Positions 46,869 to 56,525 of a stretch of 64,000 bases of DNA are shown here, in pieces; the first letter of the stretch is position 1, and each line of letters opens with the position of its first letter. A model generated the notes under the pieces. That model saw only the letters and a program-made list of their open reading frames with translations. It searched no databases and was not told where the DNA came from. The translations under genes and the position numbers were made by a program. The stretch lies in contig MENI01000097.1 in NCBI GenBank assembly GCA_001768195.1, forward strand, positions 4,908-68,907, read 5' to 3'. This stretch comes from Bacteroidetes bacterium GWA2_40_15. Lineage in GTDB: Bacteria; Bacteroidota; Bacteroidia; Bacteroidales; VadinHA17.

Positions 46869-48698
46869 ATGAGACTTTTTGGAATGAATTTCAGGAACAA
46901 GCTTTCAAGAAGAAATTTCATCTCTTTGTCATCTCTTGGAATGGCTTTTGGAATTACCGGAGTTGCATTTAATAACAAGGGAAAACATATCCGGTCTGCT
47001 GATAATCTTGTCGAAGATCCTCTTAGAAGAGATCCGGAATCTGTTAAGAACCGGATAATTCATCTGCACCCTCAGGATAATGTGGCAGTAGCTCTTGAAG
47101 ATTTAGATGAAGGCACAAAGGTCTCAATAGATAATCTGCCATTAGTTCTGGATGATTTTATTGCTGCAAAACATAAATTCACTCTGTCCGATATTCCCGT
47201 TGGCGAAACAATCTATCTGTACGGAATTAAGGTGGGGATAGCTGTTAAAGCTATTAAGAAAGGGACAGCCATTACAACAGAAAATACTGTTAATGCAATC
47301 AGTGAGGTACAAAGAAACACTACCGGGAATTTCAAGTGGACACCCCCGGGGACCGACGCATTTAAGAACAGGAGTTTCATGGGATATCACAGGCCTGACG
47401 GACAGGTCGGTACTGCAAATTACTGGCTTGTAATTCCCATGGTCTTTTGTGAAAACAGGAACATTGAAATTATTAAGGAAGCAGTACTTTCTGAGCTTGG
47501 ATACCAACAGAGTTCTCCTTATATACAGTTCACCCGGGAACTGATTTCACAACACCAGGAAGGAGGTTCCCCGAAAGAGACTTCAAAGATTGCTCAAACA
47601 AAAATTCATGCCAACAATTACAAAACAAACCTTTTTAAGAATGTAACCGGGATAAAGTTTCTCACACATAGCGGAGGATGCGGGGAGACCAGACAGGATT
47701 CGGAAGAACTGTGCGGACTCCTTGCAGGATATATTACTCATCCCAATGTAGCCGGAGCAACAATTCTTAGTCTGGGTTGCCAGAATGCTCAGCTTTCCAT
47801 CTTACAAAAAGAGATAAAAAAACGTGATGCAAATTTCTCAAAGCCATATTTTGAGTTTGAGCAACAGGAAATCGGGACTGAGGATGAGATGATCAGACAG
47901 GCGATCCGGTCAATTGTTAACGGGCTTATTATGGCTGATCAGATTGAAAGAAAACCTGCACCACTTTCAAAACTTACAATAGGAGTGGAATGTGGCGGGT
48001 CAGATGGATTCTCCGGAATTTCAGCCAATCCTGCTGTCGGGCATGTTTCTGATCTGATTGTTGCTCTTGGAGGGTCAGTAATTTTATCGGAGTTTCCTGA
48101 ACTAAGCGGCGTAGAACAAAATATTTATGACCGCTGCACAAAACAGGTCCATGCTGATAAATTCCTGGATCTTATGCAGATGTATAATGCAAGAGCAGTA
48201 TCTGTTGGTTCTGGTTTCGATATGAATCCCTCTCCCGGGAATATTAAGGACGGATTGATTACAGATGCAATGAAGTCTGCAGGAGCTGCAAAAAAAGGCG
48301 GTACTTCTCCTGTTACCGGAGTATTTGATTATCCTGAGAAAGCTGATGGACCCGGACTTCATCTGCTTTGTACTCCGGGAAATGATGTTGAGTCGGTAAC
48401 AGCTGAAGTGGCTTCCGGGGCAAATCTGGTTTTATTCACAACAGGACTTGGAACTCCAACAGGAAATCCTGTTGTACCCGTAATAAAAATATCTACTAAT
48501 ACCTCTCTCTCTGAAAAAATGTCCGATATCATTGATATTAATGCAGGTACTATAATTGATGGAGAGGAGAGCATCGGACAAACTGCTGAACGGATTCTGA
48601 ATTATGCTATTGAAGTAGCCAGCGGGATAAAAGAACCTGCTGGTATCAGGAATGAGCAGGTTGATTTTATTCCCTGGAGGCGTGGAGTTTCCTTGTGA
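46869..48698 (+). CDS. UxaA-family sugar-acid dehydratase (altronate/galactarate dehydratase-like) with an N-terminal Tat-like extension
   Basis: SAF-like N-domain (HPQDNVAVALEDLDEG) plus the UxaA C-domain. It is preceded by about 60 extra residues including SRRNFISLSSLGMAFGITGVAF. Confidence 0.75.
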   Translation: MRLFGMNFRNKLSRRNFISLSSLGMAFGITGVAFNNKGKHIRSADNLVEDPLRRDPESVKNRIIHLHPQDNVAVALEDLDEGTKVSIDNLPLVLDDFIAAKHKFTLSDIPVGETIYLYGIKVGIAVKAIKKGTAITTENTVNAISEVQRNTTGNFKWTPPGTDAFKNRSFMGYHRPDGQVGTANYWLVIPMVFCENRNIEIIKEAVLSELGYQQSSPYIQFTRELISQHQEGGSPKETSKIAQTKIHANNYKTNLFKNVTGIKFLTHSGGCGETRQDSEELCGLLAGYITHPNVAGATILSLGCQNAQLSILQKEIKKRDANFSKPYFEFEQQEIGTEDEMIRQAIRSIVNGLIMADQIERKPAPLSKLTIGVECGGSDGFSGISANPAVGHVSDLIVALGGSVILSEFPELSGVEQNIYDRCTKQVHADKFLDLMQMYNARAVSVGSGFDMNPSPGNIKDGLITDAMKSAGAAKKGGTSPVTGVFDYPEKADGPGLHLLCTPGNDVESVTAEVASGANLVLFTTGLGTPTGNPVVPVIKISTNTSLSEKMSDIIDINAGTIIDGEESIGQTAERILNYAIEVASGIKEPAGIRNEQVDFIPWRRGVSL

Positions 48699-48782
48699 AA
48701 CCGGACCGGTTTTAAAACCTGTCAGGCAGACCAATATACACTTTAAATCATTGAGATTCTTTTTAATTATATAACACATAGT

Positions 48783-50504
48783 ATGGGAAAAAAATCTTAC
48801 TTAAGGAGCGTTGAATGGTTCGGGAAAAATGATAAAATGGGTTTCGTTCATCGCAGCTGGCTCAGAAACCAGGGTCACCCTGACCACATGTTCAGGGGAA
48901 AACCGGTAATTGGCATTTGCAATACATGGTCAGATCTGACTCCATGTAACGGTCATTTAAGAGAGTTTGCTGAAATTGTAAAACGGGGCGTTTACGAGGC
49001 CGGAGGTTTTCCGCTGGAGTTCCCTGTAATGTCTCTTGGTGAAACAATTATGAAACCCACAACAATGCTTTTCCGGAATCTTGCAAGCATGGATGTGGAA
49101 GAGACGATCCGGGCTAATCCTCTGGACGGTATTGTTCTTCTGACGGGTTGTGACAAAACCACCCCCTCAACACTTATGGGTGCCGCAAGTGTGAACCTTC
49201 CAACTATTGTAGTTCCCGGGGGTCCGATGCTAAATGGAAAGTTCAGGGGTAAAGAAATCGGATCGGGAACATCGACCTGGCAGATCTCTGAAGGATTAAA
49301 AGCCGGGACTTTTACAGTAGCCGATTTGACAGAGGCAGAAAGTTGCGTATCGCGGAGTGCAGGTCATTGCATGACAATGGGAACAGCATCGACAATGGCA
49401 GCCATGGTGGAAGCTCTTGGCCTTACTTTGCCGGGCGCTGCTGCAATACCTGCGGTAGACTCAAGAAAAAAAGTCATGGCACACCTGTCAGGCAACCGTA
49501 TTGTGGAGATGGTCAACGAAAACATGAAAATGTCGGATATACTGACAAGAGAGGCATTTGAGAACTCAATTATGATAAACTCAGCAGTCGGGGGTTCGAC
49601 TAACCTGATAATTCACCTGCTTGCACTGGCCGGCAGGATTGGTGTTGATCTGAATCTGGATGATTTTGACCGGTTGGGAAGTGATATGCCTCTGTTGCTG
49701 AATCTTATGCCTTCAGGAAAATACCTGATGGAGGATTTTTATTACGCCGGAGGATTACCAGTGATCATAGATCAGCTCAAAGATATCATTCATTCTGGTG
49801 CCATGACCATTAACGGGAAATCAATTGGTGAAAATTGTGCCGGTGCTCCCTGTTATAATTATGATGTAATAGCAACTCTGGAAAAACCACTGAAGGAGAA
49901 AGCCGGAATTGCTGTATTAAAGGGGAACCTGTGTGAGAATGGAGCTGTAATTAAGCCTTCGGCAACTTCAGGCGAATTGTTACAGCACAGGGGCAGGGCA
50001 GTTGTCTTTGAGAACATGGAAGATTACCATGCCAGGATTGATGATCCTGACCTCAATATTGACGAAAACTGCATAATGGTATTGAAAGGGGTAGGACCGG
50101 TTGGATACCCCGGAATGCCGGAAGTTGGAAACATGGAACTTCCTCAGAAACTTATCAAAAAGGGGATCACCGATATGGTCCGTATTTCTGATGGCCGCAT
50201 GAGCGGCACTGCATACGGAACTGTTGTTTTACATGTTTCTCCCGAATCTACTGTTGGCGGGACTCTGGCATTGGTGGAAAACGGAGACATGATTGACCTT
50301 GATGTAAAAAATCGGTCTCTGAAACTGGATGTTGCTGAAGATATTCTGAAAAAAAGGAGAGATTCCTGGATCCGCACGGTACCCGATGCCGATAGGGGTT
50401 ATGTACGTATGTTCATGCAGCATGTTGAACAGGCTGACCGGGGATGTGACTTTGATTTCCTTAAAGGGGGATCCGGTTCAGTAGTCCTCAGGGATTCGCA
50501 TTAG
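48783..50504 (+). CDS. IlvD/Edd-family pentonate (L-arabinonate/D-xylonate-type) dehydratase
   Basis: The N-terminus LRSVEWFGKNDKMGFVHRSWLRNQG..GKPVIGICNTWSDLTPCNGH and LLTGCDKTTP closely track the characterised arabinonate/xylonate dehydratase branch. Confidence 0.8.
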   Translation: MGKKSYLRSVEWFGKNDKMGFVHRSWLRNQGHPDHMFRGKPVIGICNTWSDLTPCNGHLREFAEIVKRGVYEAGGFPLEFPVMSLGETIMKPTTMLFRNLASMDVEETIRANPLDGIVLLTGCDKTTPSTLMGAASVNLPTIVVPGGPMLNGKFRGKEIGSGTSTWQISEGLKAGTFTVADLTEAESCVSRSAGHCMTMGTASTMAAMVEALGLTLPGAAAIPAVDSRKKVMAHLSGNRIVEMVNENMKMSDILTREAFENSIMINSAVGGSTNLIIHLLALAGRIGVDLNLDDFDRLGSDMPLLLNLMPSGKYLMEDFYYAGGLPVIIDQLKDIIHSGAMTINGKSIGENCAGAPCYNYDVIATLEKPLKEKAGIAVLKGNLCENGAVIKPSATSGELLQHRGRAVVFENMEDYHARIDDPDLNIDENCIMVLKGVGPVGYPGMPEVGNMELPQKLIKKGITDMVRISDGRMSGTAYGTVVLHVSPESTVGGTLALVENGDMIDLDVKNRSLKLDVAEDILKKRRDSWIRTVPDADRGYVRMFMQHVEQADRGCDFDFLKGGSGSVVLRDSH

Positions 50505-50535
50505 AACTTTATTGAACAGAATAAATCCTGGAAAT

Positions 50536-51363
50536 ATGAGATTATTCAAAACTAAAACAGGGATCGCAATTGAAAGGGATAATAATTATTACCTGATACT
50601 GGATAATTGGGATAGCTTTATTAATGATGATAATCTTTTTGCCAAAACCACAAACCTCTTATCCTCAGTGACCCCAAAAGATTCATCAGTTATTGACGAA
50701 TTACTTCCTCCGATTGGCAGTCAGCAGGAATTATGGGCTTGCGGTGTTACATATCTGAGAAGCAAAATTGGCAGGCAGGAAGAGAGCAAAGTTGCAGGAG
50801 GAGCAGATTTCTATGGAAAAGTATATGAAGCTGTAAGACCTGAGTGTTTCTTTAAAAGTAATCCGTCCCGTGTTGTGGGACATAACAACTTTGTTCGTAT
50901 AAGGAAGGACAGTACATGGGATGTACCGGAACCCGAGCTCACCCTTGTGGTTTCAGCATCTGGCAAAATTACAGGTTATACAATCGGGAATGATATGAGC
51001 AGCCGTAGCATTGAAGGAGAGAACCCTTTGTATCTTCCACAGGCCAAAACATATGATGGTTGTGCTGCATTGGGACCATGTATTTATATTTCGGAAACGC
51101 CATTTGACAGGAACAATAAAATTTATTTACAGATTATAAGGAATAAGCAGATTGTATTTGAGGACAGTATATCTGTCAGCCAGATGAAACGAAGCTTTGA
51201 AGAACTGGTAAAATATGTTTTCTTTGAGTGTAGTTTCCCTCATGGTTGTTTAATTATGACAGGTACCGGAATAGTACCCCCGGGCAGTTTTACATTACAG
51301 AGCGGCGATGTGATAAATATAACAATTGATTCAATAGGAAAATTGACTAATACCGTCAGTTAG
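50536..51363 (+). CDS. fumarylacetoacetate hydrolase-family protein (2-keto-3-deoxy-pentonate dehydratase-like, XylX/KdaD type)
   Basis: The track start at 50512 is TTG and the first ATG is at 50536. FAH C-terminal fold strings (ELTLVV.., GNDMSSRSIEGENPLYLPQAK) plus the gene context. Confidence 0.6.
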   Translation: MRLFKTKTGIAIERDNNYYLILDNWDSFINDDNLFAKTTNLLSSVTPKDSSVIDELLPPIGSQQELWACGVTYLRSKIGRQEESKVAGGADFYGKVYEAVRPECFFKSNPSRVVGHNNFVRIRKDSTWDVPEPELTLVVSASGKITGYTIGNDMSSRSIEGENPLYLPQAKTYDGCAALGPCIYISETPFDRNNKIYLQIIRNKQIVFEDSISVSQMKRSFEELVKYVFFECSFPHGCLIMTGTGIVPPGSFTLQSGDVINITIDSIGKLTNTVS

Positions 51364-51364
51364 A

Positions 51365-52678
51365 ATGACTTTTATTATTATTATCCTGGCTATTGCATTA
51401 CAGGTTTTTTTGTCAGTTAAAAAGGTAAATGCCTTTCTTTCGCTTTTAATCGTTTCTATTCTTTCAGGATTATTTCTTGGAATGCAGCCCGCTGCGATCA
51501 TCAAATCTGTTGAAACCGGAGTAGGAAGTACATTGGCAGGTCTGGCGCTTATTATCTGCCTGGGAGCAGTTCTTGGAAAAATACTGGAATCAAGCGGTGC
51601 CGCAAAGAAAATCTCTCTGACACTTATAAAAGCTTTTGGTATTAAAAATATCCAGTGGTCTTTGCTTCTTACAGGTTTTCTGGTTGGGATCCCGCTTTTT
51701 TACAATGCCGGATTTGTGATCCTGGTCCCACTGGTATTTTCAATTGCAAAGGAGACCCGTCTACCGCTCTTATATCTGGCGATTCCTATGGCTGCTTCAT
51801 TGTCAACTGCACATTGTTTTTTACCACCCCATCCGGGCCCGGTTATACTGGTAAATGCTTTTAAGGCAGATATGGGTAAGACCCTGATCTATGGTTTTGT
51901 TCTTGCGATTCCGGCCATAGTTCTAGCAGGTCCTTATTTCGGCAGATTACTTAAAAATGTAAAGATAAACCTTGTCGGCTTATTTGGTGAAAAGGAAGAT
52001 TTTACACCTGAAGAATTGCCTGCAGCATTCCCATCTTTCTTAATTGCCATGTTGCCGGTTTTGCTTATCACACTTTCAGTAATAGCCAACAGAGCTCTTA
52101 CTGATGGTTCTCTTCTGAAAAATATCTTAGTTTTTGCCGGAGATGCAAACGTAGCCTTACTGATAACCGTAATAATTGCATCATGGTTTTTTGGCTTACG
52201 TGCCGGTCATAAAATGGAAAATGTAATGAAATGGTTAAGTGATGGTATTTCGGGGATTGCCATTATTTTATTGATCATTACTGCCGGGGGTGTTTTCAAG
52301 CAGGTATTGAGCGACAGTGGTGCAGCTGACTATATTTTATCATTCAGCAAAGACTGGCAGATGCAACCATTTCTGTTTGCATGGCTGGTTACTGCCTGTT
52401 TAAGGGTTACAATTGGATCGGCAACGGTGGCTGCAATAACAGCTTCAGGGATAGTGGCTCCTCTGGTTGCAACGACTAATGTATCGCCTGAGCTAATGGT
52501 ACTTGCTGTAGGTTCCGGAAGTGTTTTTATGTCGCATGTAAATGATACAGCATTCTGGATGTTTAAAGAATTCTTCAACCTTTCTTTAAAACAAACTTTT
52601 TTTTCATGGACATTAATGGAAACTTCTATTTCATTTATCGGACTCATTGGAGTGTTTATTCTAAATTCTATAATCTGA
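51365..52678 (+). CDS. GntP-family gluconate/sugar-acid:H+ symporter
   Basis: 437 aa and polytopic. GntP-like N-terminus and a conserved central segment. Confidence 0.75.
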   Translation: MTFIIIILAIALQVFLSVKKVNAFLSLLIVSILSGLFLGMQPAAIIKSVETGVGSTLAGLALIICLGAVLGKILESSGAAKKISLTLIKAFGIKNIQWSLLLTGFLVGIPLFYNAGFVILVPLVFSIAKETRLPLLYLAIPMAASLSTAHCFLPPHPGPVILVNAFKADMGKTLIYGFVLAIPAIVLAGPYFGRLLKNVKINLVGLFGEKEDFTPEELPAAFPSFLIAMLPVLLITLSVIANRALTDGSLLKNILVFAGDANVALLITVIIASWFFGLRAGHKMENVMKWLSDGISGIAIILLIITAGGVFKQVLSDSGAADYILSFSKDWQMQPFLFAWLVTACLRVTIGSATVAAITASGIVAPLVATTNVSPELMVLAVGSGSVFMSHVNDTAFWMFKEFFNLSLKQTFFSWTLMETSISFIGLIGVFILNSII

Positions 52679-52692
52679 TTAAAAAATAAATT

Positions 52693-54174
52693 ATGAAGAC
52701 ATCTGAAATGATTAACCGGAAGGTTGATGCTGTCATGCAAAAGGCATGGAGCGCATTCAGGATTTACAGCAAATTTTCATTAAAAAGGAGAAAGTCCTTC
52801 TTGTATGCTATTGCAGATGAATTGGAAAAAGCGGGAGATGATCTGATAAAAACCTGCATGGAGGAAACCAACCTTACTGAAGCCAGATTAAAAAATGAGA
52901 AAGTAAGAACTGTTTTTCAGCTTCGGAGCTATGCTGACCATTGTGAAAGCGGTGACTGGCTTGATGCCAGGATTGATACCGCAATTCCGGACCGCACTCC
53001 ACCCAGACCGGATATCAGGAAGATGAATGTCCCGCTGGGCCCTGTAGTTGTATTTGGTCCCAGTAATTTCCCGTTTGCATACTCCACTGCAGGCGGAGAC
53101 ACGGCAAGCGCGCTGGCAGCAGGCTGTCCGGTAATTGTGAAAGCCCACTCCGGACATCTTAAAACATCAGAAATGGTAGCAGAACTTATTAAAATTGCTA
53201 CAGAAAAAATGAAAATGCCTGAAGGTCTGTTTTCCCATATATATTCTCCTTCACATTATATTGGAGAGGCACTGGTGAAGCATCCGTATACGAAAGCTGT
53301 CGGCTTTACCGGATCAGTTTCTGTGGGAACACAGCTTTTCAGATGGGGAAATGAACGTAAGGTCCCCATTCCGGTTTTCTCTGAGATGGGAAGTGTGAAT
53401 CCTGTATTCCTGATGCCCGGCAAAATAAAAGAATCATCTCAGGAAATAGCCCGAATGTATGCGGCATCAGTAACCCTGGGAGTCGGTCAGTTCTGTACAA
53501 ATCCTGGAATAATTATCGGCCTTGAAAGCAAGGATATGAACGATTTTCTTGCGACACTTAGTGAAGAAATCAGGAAGATCGCACCTGCAAAAATGCTTCA
53601 TAAAAAAATTGCAGATTCTTTTATGACCTTACGCGACAGCATCCTGATGGAAAATGGTGTTTCTGTGGTAGCAGTATCGGATTTGGAAAAGAGTGATTAT
53701 TGCGGTATTCCTACAATAGCAACAGTGTCTTCAGAAGAGTTTCTGAGGAACCCAAAATTGCAGGAAGAAATATTTGGTCCTTATTCACTTGTTGTGCGTT
53801 GTAAATCATTGGATGAGTATAGCCTTATTGCCAGGTCAATGGAAGGTCAGCTGACTTGTACAATGATGGCCACCGCCGATGATATGAAGAACAATGATGA
53901 TTTAATTGACGATATAAAAATACTTTGTGGAAGATTCATAATAAATGGTGTACCAACAGGTGTTGAGGTTTGTTTGAGTATGCAGCATGGAGGGCCGTTT
54001 CCTGCTACAACAGACGGTCGTTTTACATCTGTTGGAGGAGATGCATTGAGACGCTTTGCAAGACCTGTGGCATTTCAAAACTGGCCTGATGAATTATTGC
54101 CCGATGAGCTCAAAAATGAAAACCTGCTGAATATTTACCGCACGGTAAATAACCGGTTGACAAAAGATAGGTAG
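52693..54174 (+). CDS. aldehyde dehydrogenase, alpha-ketoglutaric-semialdehyde (2,5-dioxovalerate) dehydrogenase type
   Basis: RIDTAIPDRTPPRPDIRKMNVPLGPVVVFGPSNFPFAYSTAGGDTASALAAGCPVIVKAH is the hallmark stretch of the KGSADH subfamily. Confidence 0.75.
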   Translation: MKTSEMINRKVDAVMQKAWSAFRIYSKFSLKRRKSFLYAIADELEKAGDDLIKTCMEETNLTEARLKNEKVRTVFQLRSYADHCESGDWLDARIDTAIPDRTPPRPDIRKMNVPLGPVVVFGPSNFPFAYSTAGGDTASALAAGCPVIVKAHSGHLKTSEMVAELIKIATEKMKMPEGLFSHIYSPSHYIGEALVKHPYTKAVGFTGSVSVGTQLFRWGNERKVPIPVFSEMGSVNPVFLMPGKIKESSQEIARMYAASVTLGVGQFCTNPGIIIGLESKDMNDFLATLSEEIRKIAPAKMLHKKIADSFMTLRDSILMENGVSVVAVSDLEKSDYCGIPTIATVSSEEFLRNPKLQEEIFGPYSLVVRCKSLDEYSLIARSMEGQLTCTMMATADDMKNNDDLIDDIKILCGRFIINGVPTGVEVCLSMQHGGPFPATTDGRFTSVGGDALRRFARPVAFQNWPDELLPDELKNENLLNIYRTVNNRLTKDR

Positions 54175-54202
54175 GTACATGCCATGGCATGTACCTACCT
54201 AT
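54167..54202. repeat. perfect 36-nt palindrome (ataggtaggtacatgcca|tggcatgtacctacctat) that supplies both convergent stop codons
   Basis: Base-by-base pairing checked around the centre at 54184/54185. The TAG at 54172-54174 (+ gene) and the TAG at 54195-54197 (- gene) are mirror positions. Confidence 0.8.
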
Positions 54203-55478
54203 TTAGATATGGTATTGTCTGTGGCCCTTCAGGTAAAATGCAGATTGAAATATTTTTGCCTAGCCTGTTCCTGAAGTTTTCAATCAGGTCATAAATATCA
54301 TGACACCTCTTAATCCTGGAGATCTCCAGTTGTTCGTCGCTCAGGTTATCAGTATAGAGATATGTATCGGCCTTAAGCTGGATCAGGGCAAGAATCTGAG
54401 CTTCCCACTGGTCCTGCTTGGAAAAGCCAGGGGAACAGATCGTTTCAAGAAGCCGGACCGGACTTTCAGATTCACGTAACAGTTGACTGAATAATCCATG
54501 ATCGGGGAATCCATCACTGCATTCAGCTGCGGTGATTATAACTCCGCCTGGTTTAACTATCCTTGCCGCAGCGCTCATTCCCTTTACTGTCTGGTAAAGG
54601 TTCAGATCGAGTGGGTAACCCGAGTTTGTTGTTACTACAATATCAAATTCTGACGACACAGCTGCCATCGAGGTCTTTCTTACAGATTCTATCCCTTCAA
54701 GGTGCGATTTGATTATGTCGCCTGCGAATACCCCGGTTACCTCTTTTTCACTGTTCAGGGTAACGTTTACCAGGAAAGTGGCTCCGGCCATGATTGCTGC
54801 CTCCCTGACCTCTTCCCATATCGGATTTTTCTGAGTTACGCCCCATGATGCATTACTGTTGCCAATGTTTTTTGCACTGTGGTTGCCAAGAATGGTCTTA
54901 ATCCCTGCCATCCCGGGCATTACTGCCTTACCTCCCCCCGAGAAGCCGGCGAAAAAGTGCGGTTCAATGAATCCGGTAAGTATTTTAATGTTGCACGATA
55001 TCAGTTCTTTATTGACCTGGATTACATTTCCAAACGATGAAGTGCCAATTTCCTCCAGCTGACTTTCTTCAAAGGCATTATTCTGAACAATCCTGAAATT
55101 ATCATACAGATAACTGCCCAGCATGCTGCGTAACTCACTTTCGGTGTTTGGCCGGTGTGTTCCGGTTGCATTAAAAAGCAGAACAGATGTATAGGGTATA
55201 TGCTTTATCTCCCGGAGGATAGTCTCAATTATAAGTTTATTTGGAGTAGGTCGTGTGATATCATTGAAAATAATCGCTACCTTATCCTCTGATTTCACAA
55301 GTTGTTTAAGAGGAAGGGAACCTGAAGGTTTGCGTAAGGCTTTGGTAATTGCATCAGAAGCATCAGCTAAACCACTTAAATGCTGTGGTTCAATCACTGT
55401 GACATTCCAGTTGTCCCCAATTTTCATTTCAATGCCATGCTTCCCGTAAGCAAGTCTGACTGAATGATTATTCTCCAT
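54195..55478 (-). CDS. larA: LarA-family nickel-pincer-dependent 2-hydroxyacid racemase/epimerase homologue
   Basis: 427 aa. NDITRPTP, ATGTHRPN, GFIEPHFFAGFSGGGKA (cofactor-binding Lys) and GNHS strings match the LarA active-site pattern. Confidence 0.75.
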   Translation of the reverse strand: MENNHSVRLAYGKHGIEMKIGDNWNVTVIEPQHLSGLADASDAITKALRKPSGSLPLKQLVKSEDKVAIIFNDITRPTPNKLIIETILREIKHIPYTSVLLFNATGTHRPNTESELRSMLGSYLYDNFRIVQNNAFEESQLEEIGTSSFGNVIQVNKELISCNIKILTGFIEPHFFAGFSGGGKAVMPGMAGIKTILGNHSAKNIGNSNASWGVTQKNPIWEEVREAAIMAGATFLVNVTLNSEKEVTGVFAGDIIKSHLEGIESVRKTSMAAVSSEFDIVVTTNSGYPLDLNLYQTVKGMSAAARIVKPGGVIITAAECSDGFPDHGLFSQLLRESESPVRLLETICSPGFSKQDQWEAQILALIQLKADTYLYTDNLSDEQLEISRIKRCHDIYDLIENFRNRLGKNISICILPEGPQTIPYLNR

Positions 55479-55487
55479 TTGCGAAGA

Positions 55488-56462
55488 TTATTTTATTACA
55501 AATTTAGCGGTCTCTGGCCCGTCAGCTTCCTTTTTCTTTAAATAATTATTCATAATAACCACAATAGCGGGACATAAGATAGCAGTTACGATACACGATG
55601 CTGCTATCTGAGCCGTAGCAGTTGCTGCAAAGGGTAAATATGTGATATCTGCTGCTGCAAGGGCAGCAGGAGTTCCAATGGCATTACCTGCAGTGGAGCC
55701 TTCAGCAAAACCGGCAATTGTTCTTTTTTCGCCGAATGCCTTCAGCGAGTAATAACCCCCGAAGCCGGTAAGGAATGCTGTCATTACTCCAAGCAGGATC
55801 CCTGACAAACCTGCCCCGAATACATCTGATAAATTCATTGCTGCACCAAGTGGAAAAGCAAAGAAAGGGATAAGGAGTTTCTGGCCACCGGAAAGGAATG
55901 ATTTCATTTTGGGGTCCAGGTTTCCAAGGATCATTCCAAGGCTTATAGGTACTACTACTGCTATAAAGGCCAGAAAAGGGATTGATGCCTGGCCTGCTAT
56001 GCCAAGGGCCAGCATTGTAAGGAACGGACCATCATTTAATGAAAGAACTGAAACTGCGCCAACATCTGTTTCGTCGCCATATTCGCCAGTCAATGCAACA
56101 TAAAGCCCCCCGTTGGAGTTTGTCATAGCTGCAATAATTGCCAGTGGTGTTAAGCCGATCAATCCTGCAGGGCCGAAGATTTTTCCAACAACAAGTCCGA
56201 TAGCAACACCAATAGCATATTTTGAAACTGTAAGGATAAGCCCTTTTTTAAGAGCTTTAGGAGCCACTTTGAAGCTGATCTGGGAACCCATACAAAATAA
56301 AAAGACACCTAAAATAGCCAAAGCGCCATGTTTGAACATTGCTGTGGTAAATCCGCCTATCATTAATGCCTGAGGGAAAAGTGTATTAATGATTGCACCC
56401 AGTAACAATGGGATGATCATTAATCCTCCCGGTATTTTATCAATGGTATCTTTAATTCTCAT
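55488..56462 (-). CDS. kdgT: 2-keto-3-deoxygluconate permease family transporter
   Basis: 324 aa. MRIKDTIDKIPGGLMIIPLLLGAIINTLFP is a typical KdgT N-terminus. Confidence 0.75.
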   Translation of the reverse strand: MRIKDTIDKIPGGLMIIPLLLGAIINTLFPQALMIGGFTTAMFKHGALAILGVFLFCMGSQISFKVAPKALKKGLILTVSKYAIGVAIGLVVGKIFGPAGLIGLTPLAIIAAMTNSNGGLYVALTGEYGDETDVGAVSVLSLNDGPFLTMLALGIAGQASIPFLAFIAVVVPISLGMILGNLDPKMKSFLSGGQKLLIPFFAFPLGAAMNLSDVFGAGLSGILLGVMTAFLTGFGGYYSLKAFGEKRTIAGFAEGSTAGNAIGTPAALAAADITYLPFAATATAQIAASCIVTAILCPAIVVIMNNYLKKKEADGPETAKFVIK

Positions 56463-56525
56463 CTGTCAGTTGTTCAGAGATCTTGGAAGAATTATAAATA
56501 TAGAATAAGGTTTTAAATAATTGGT

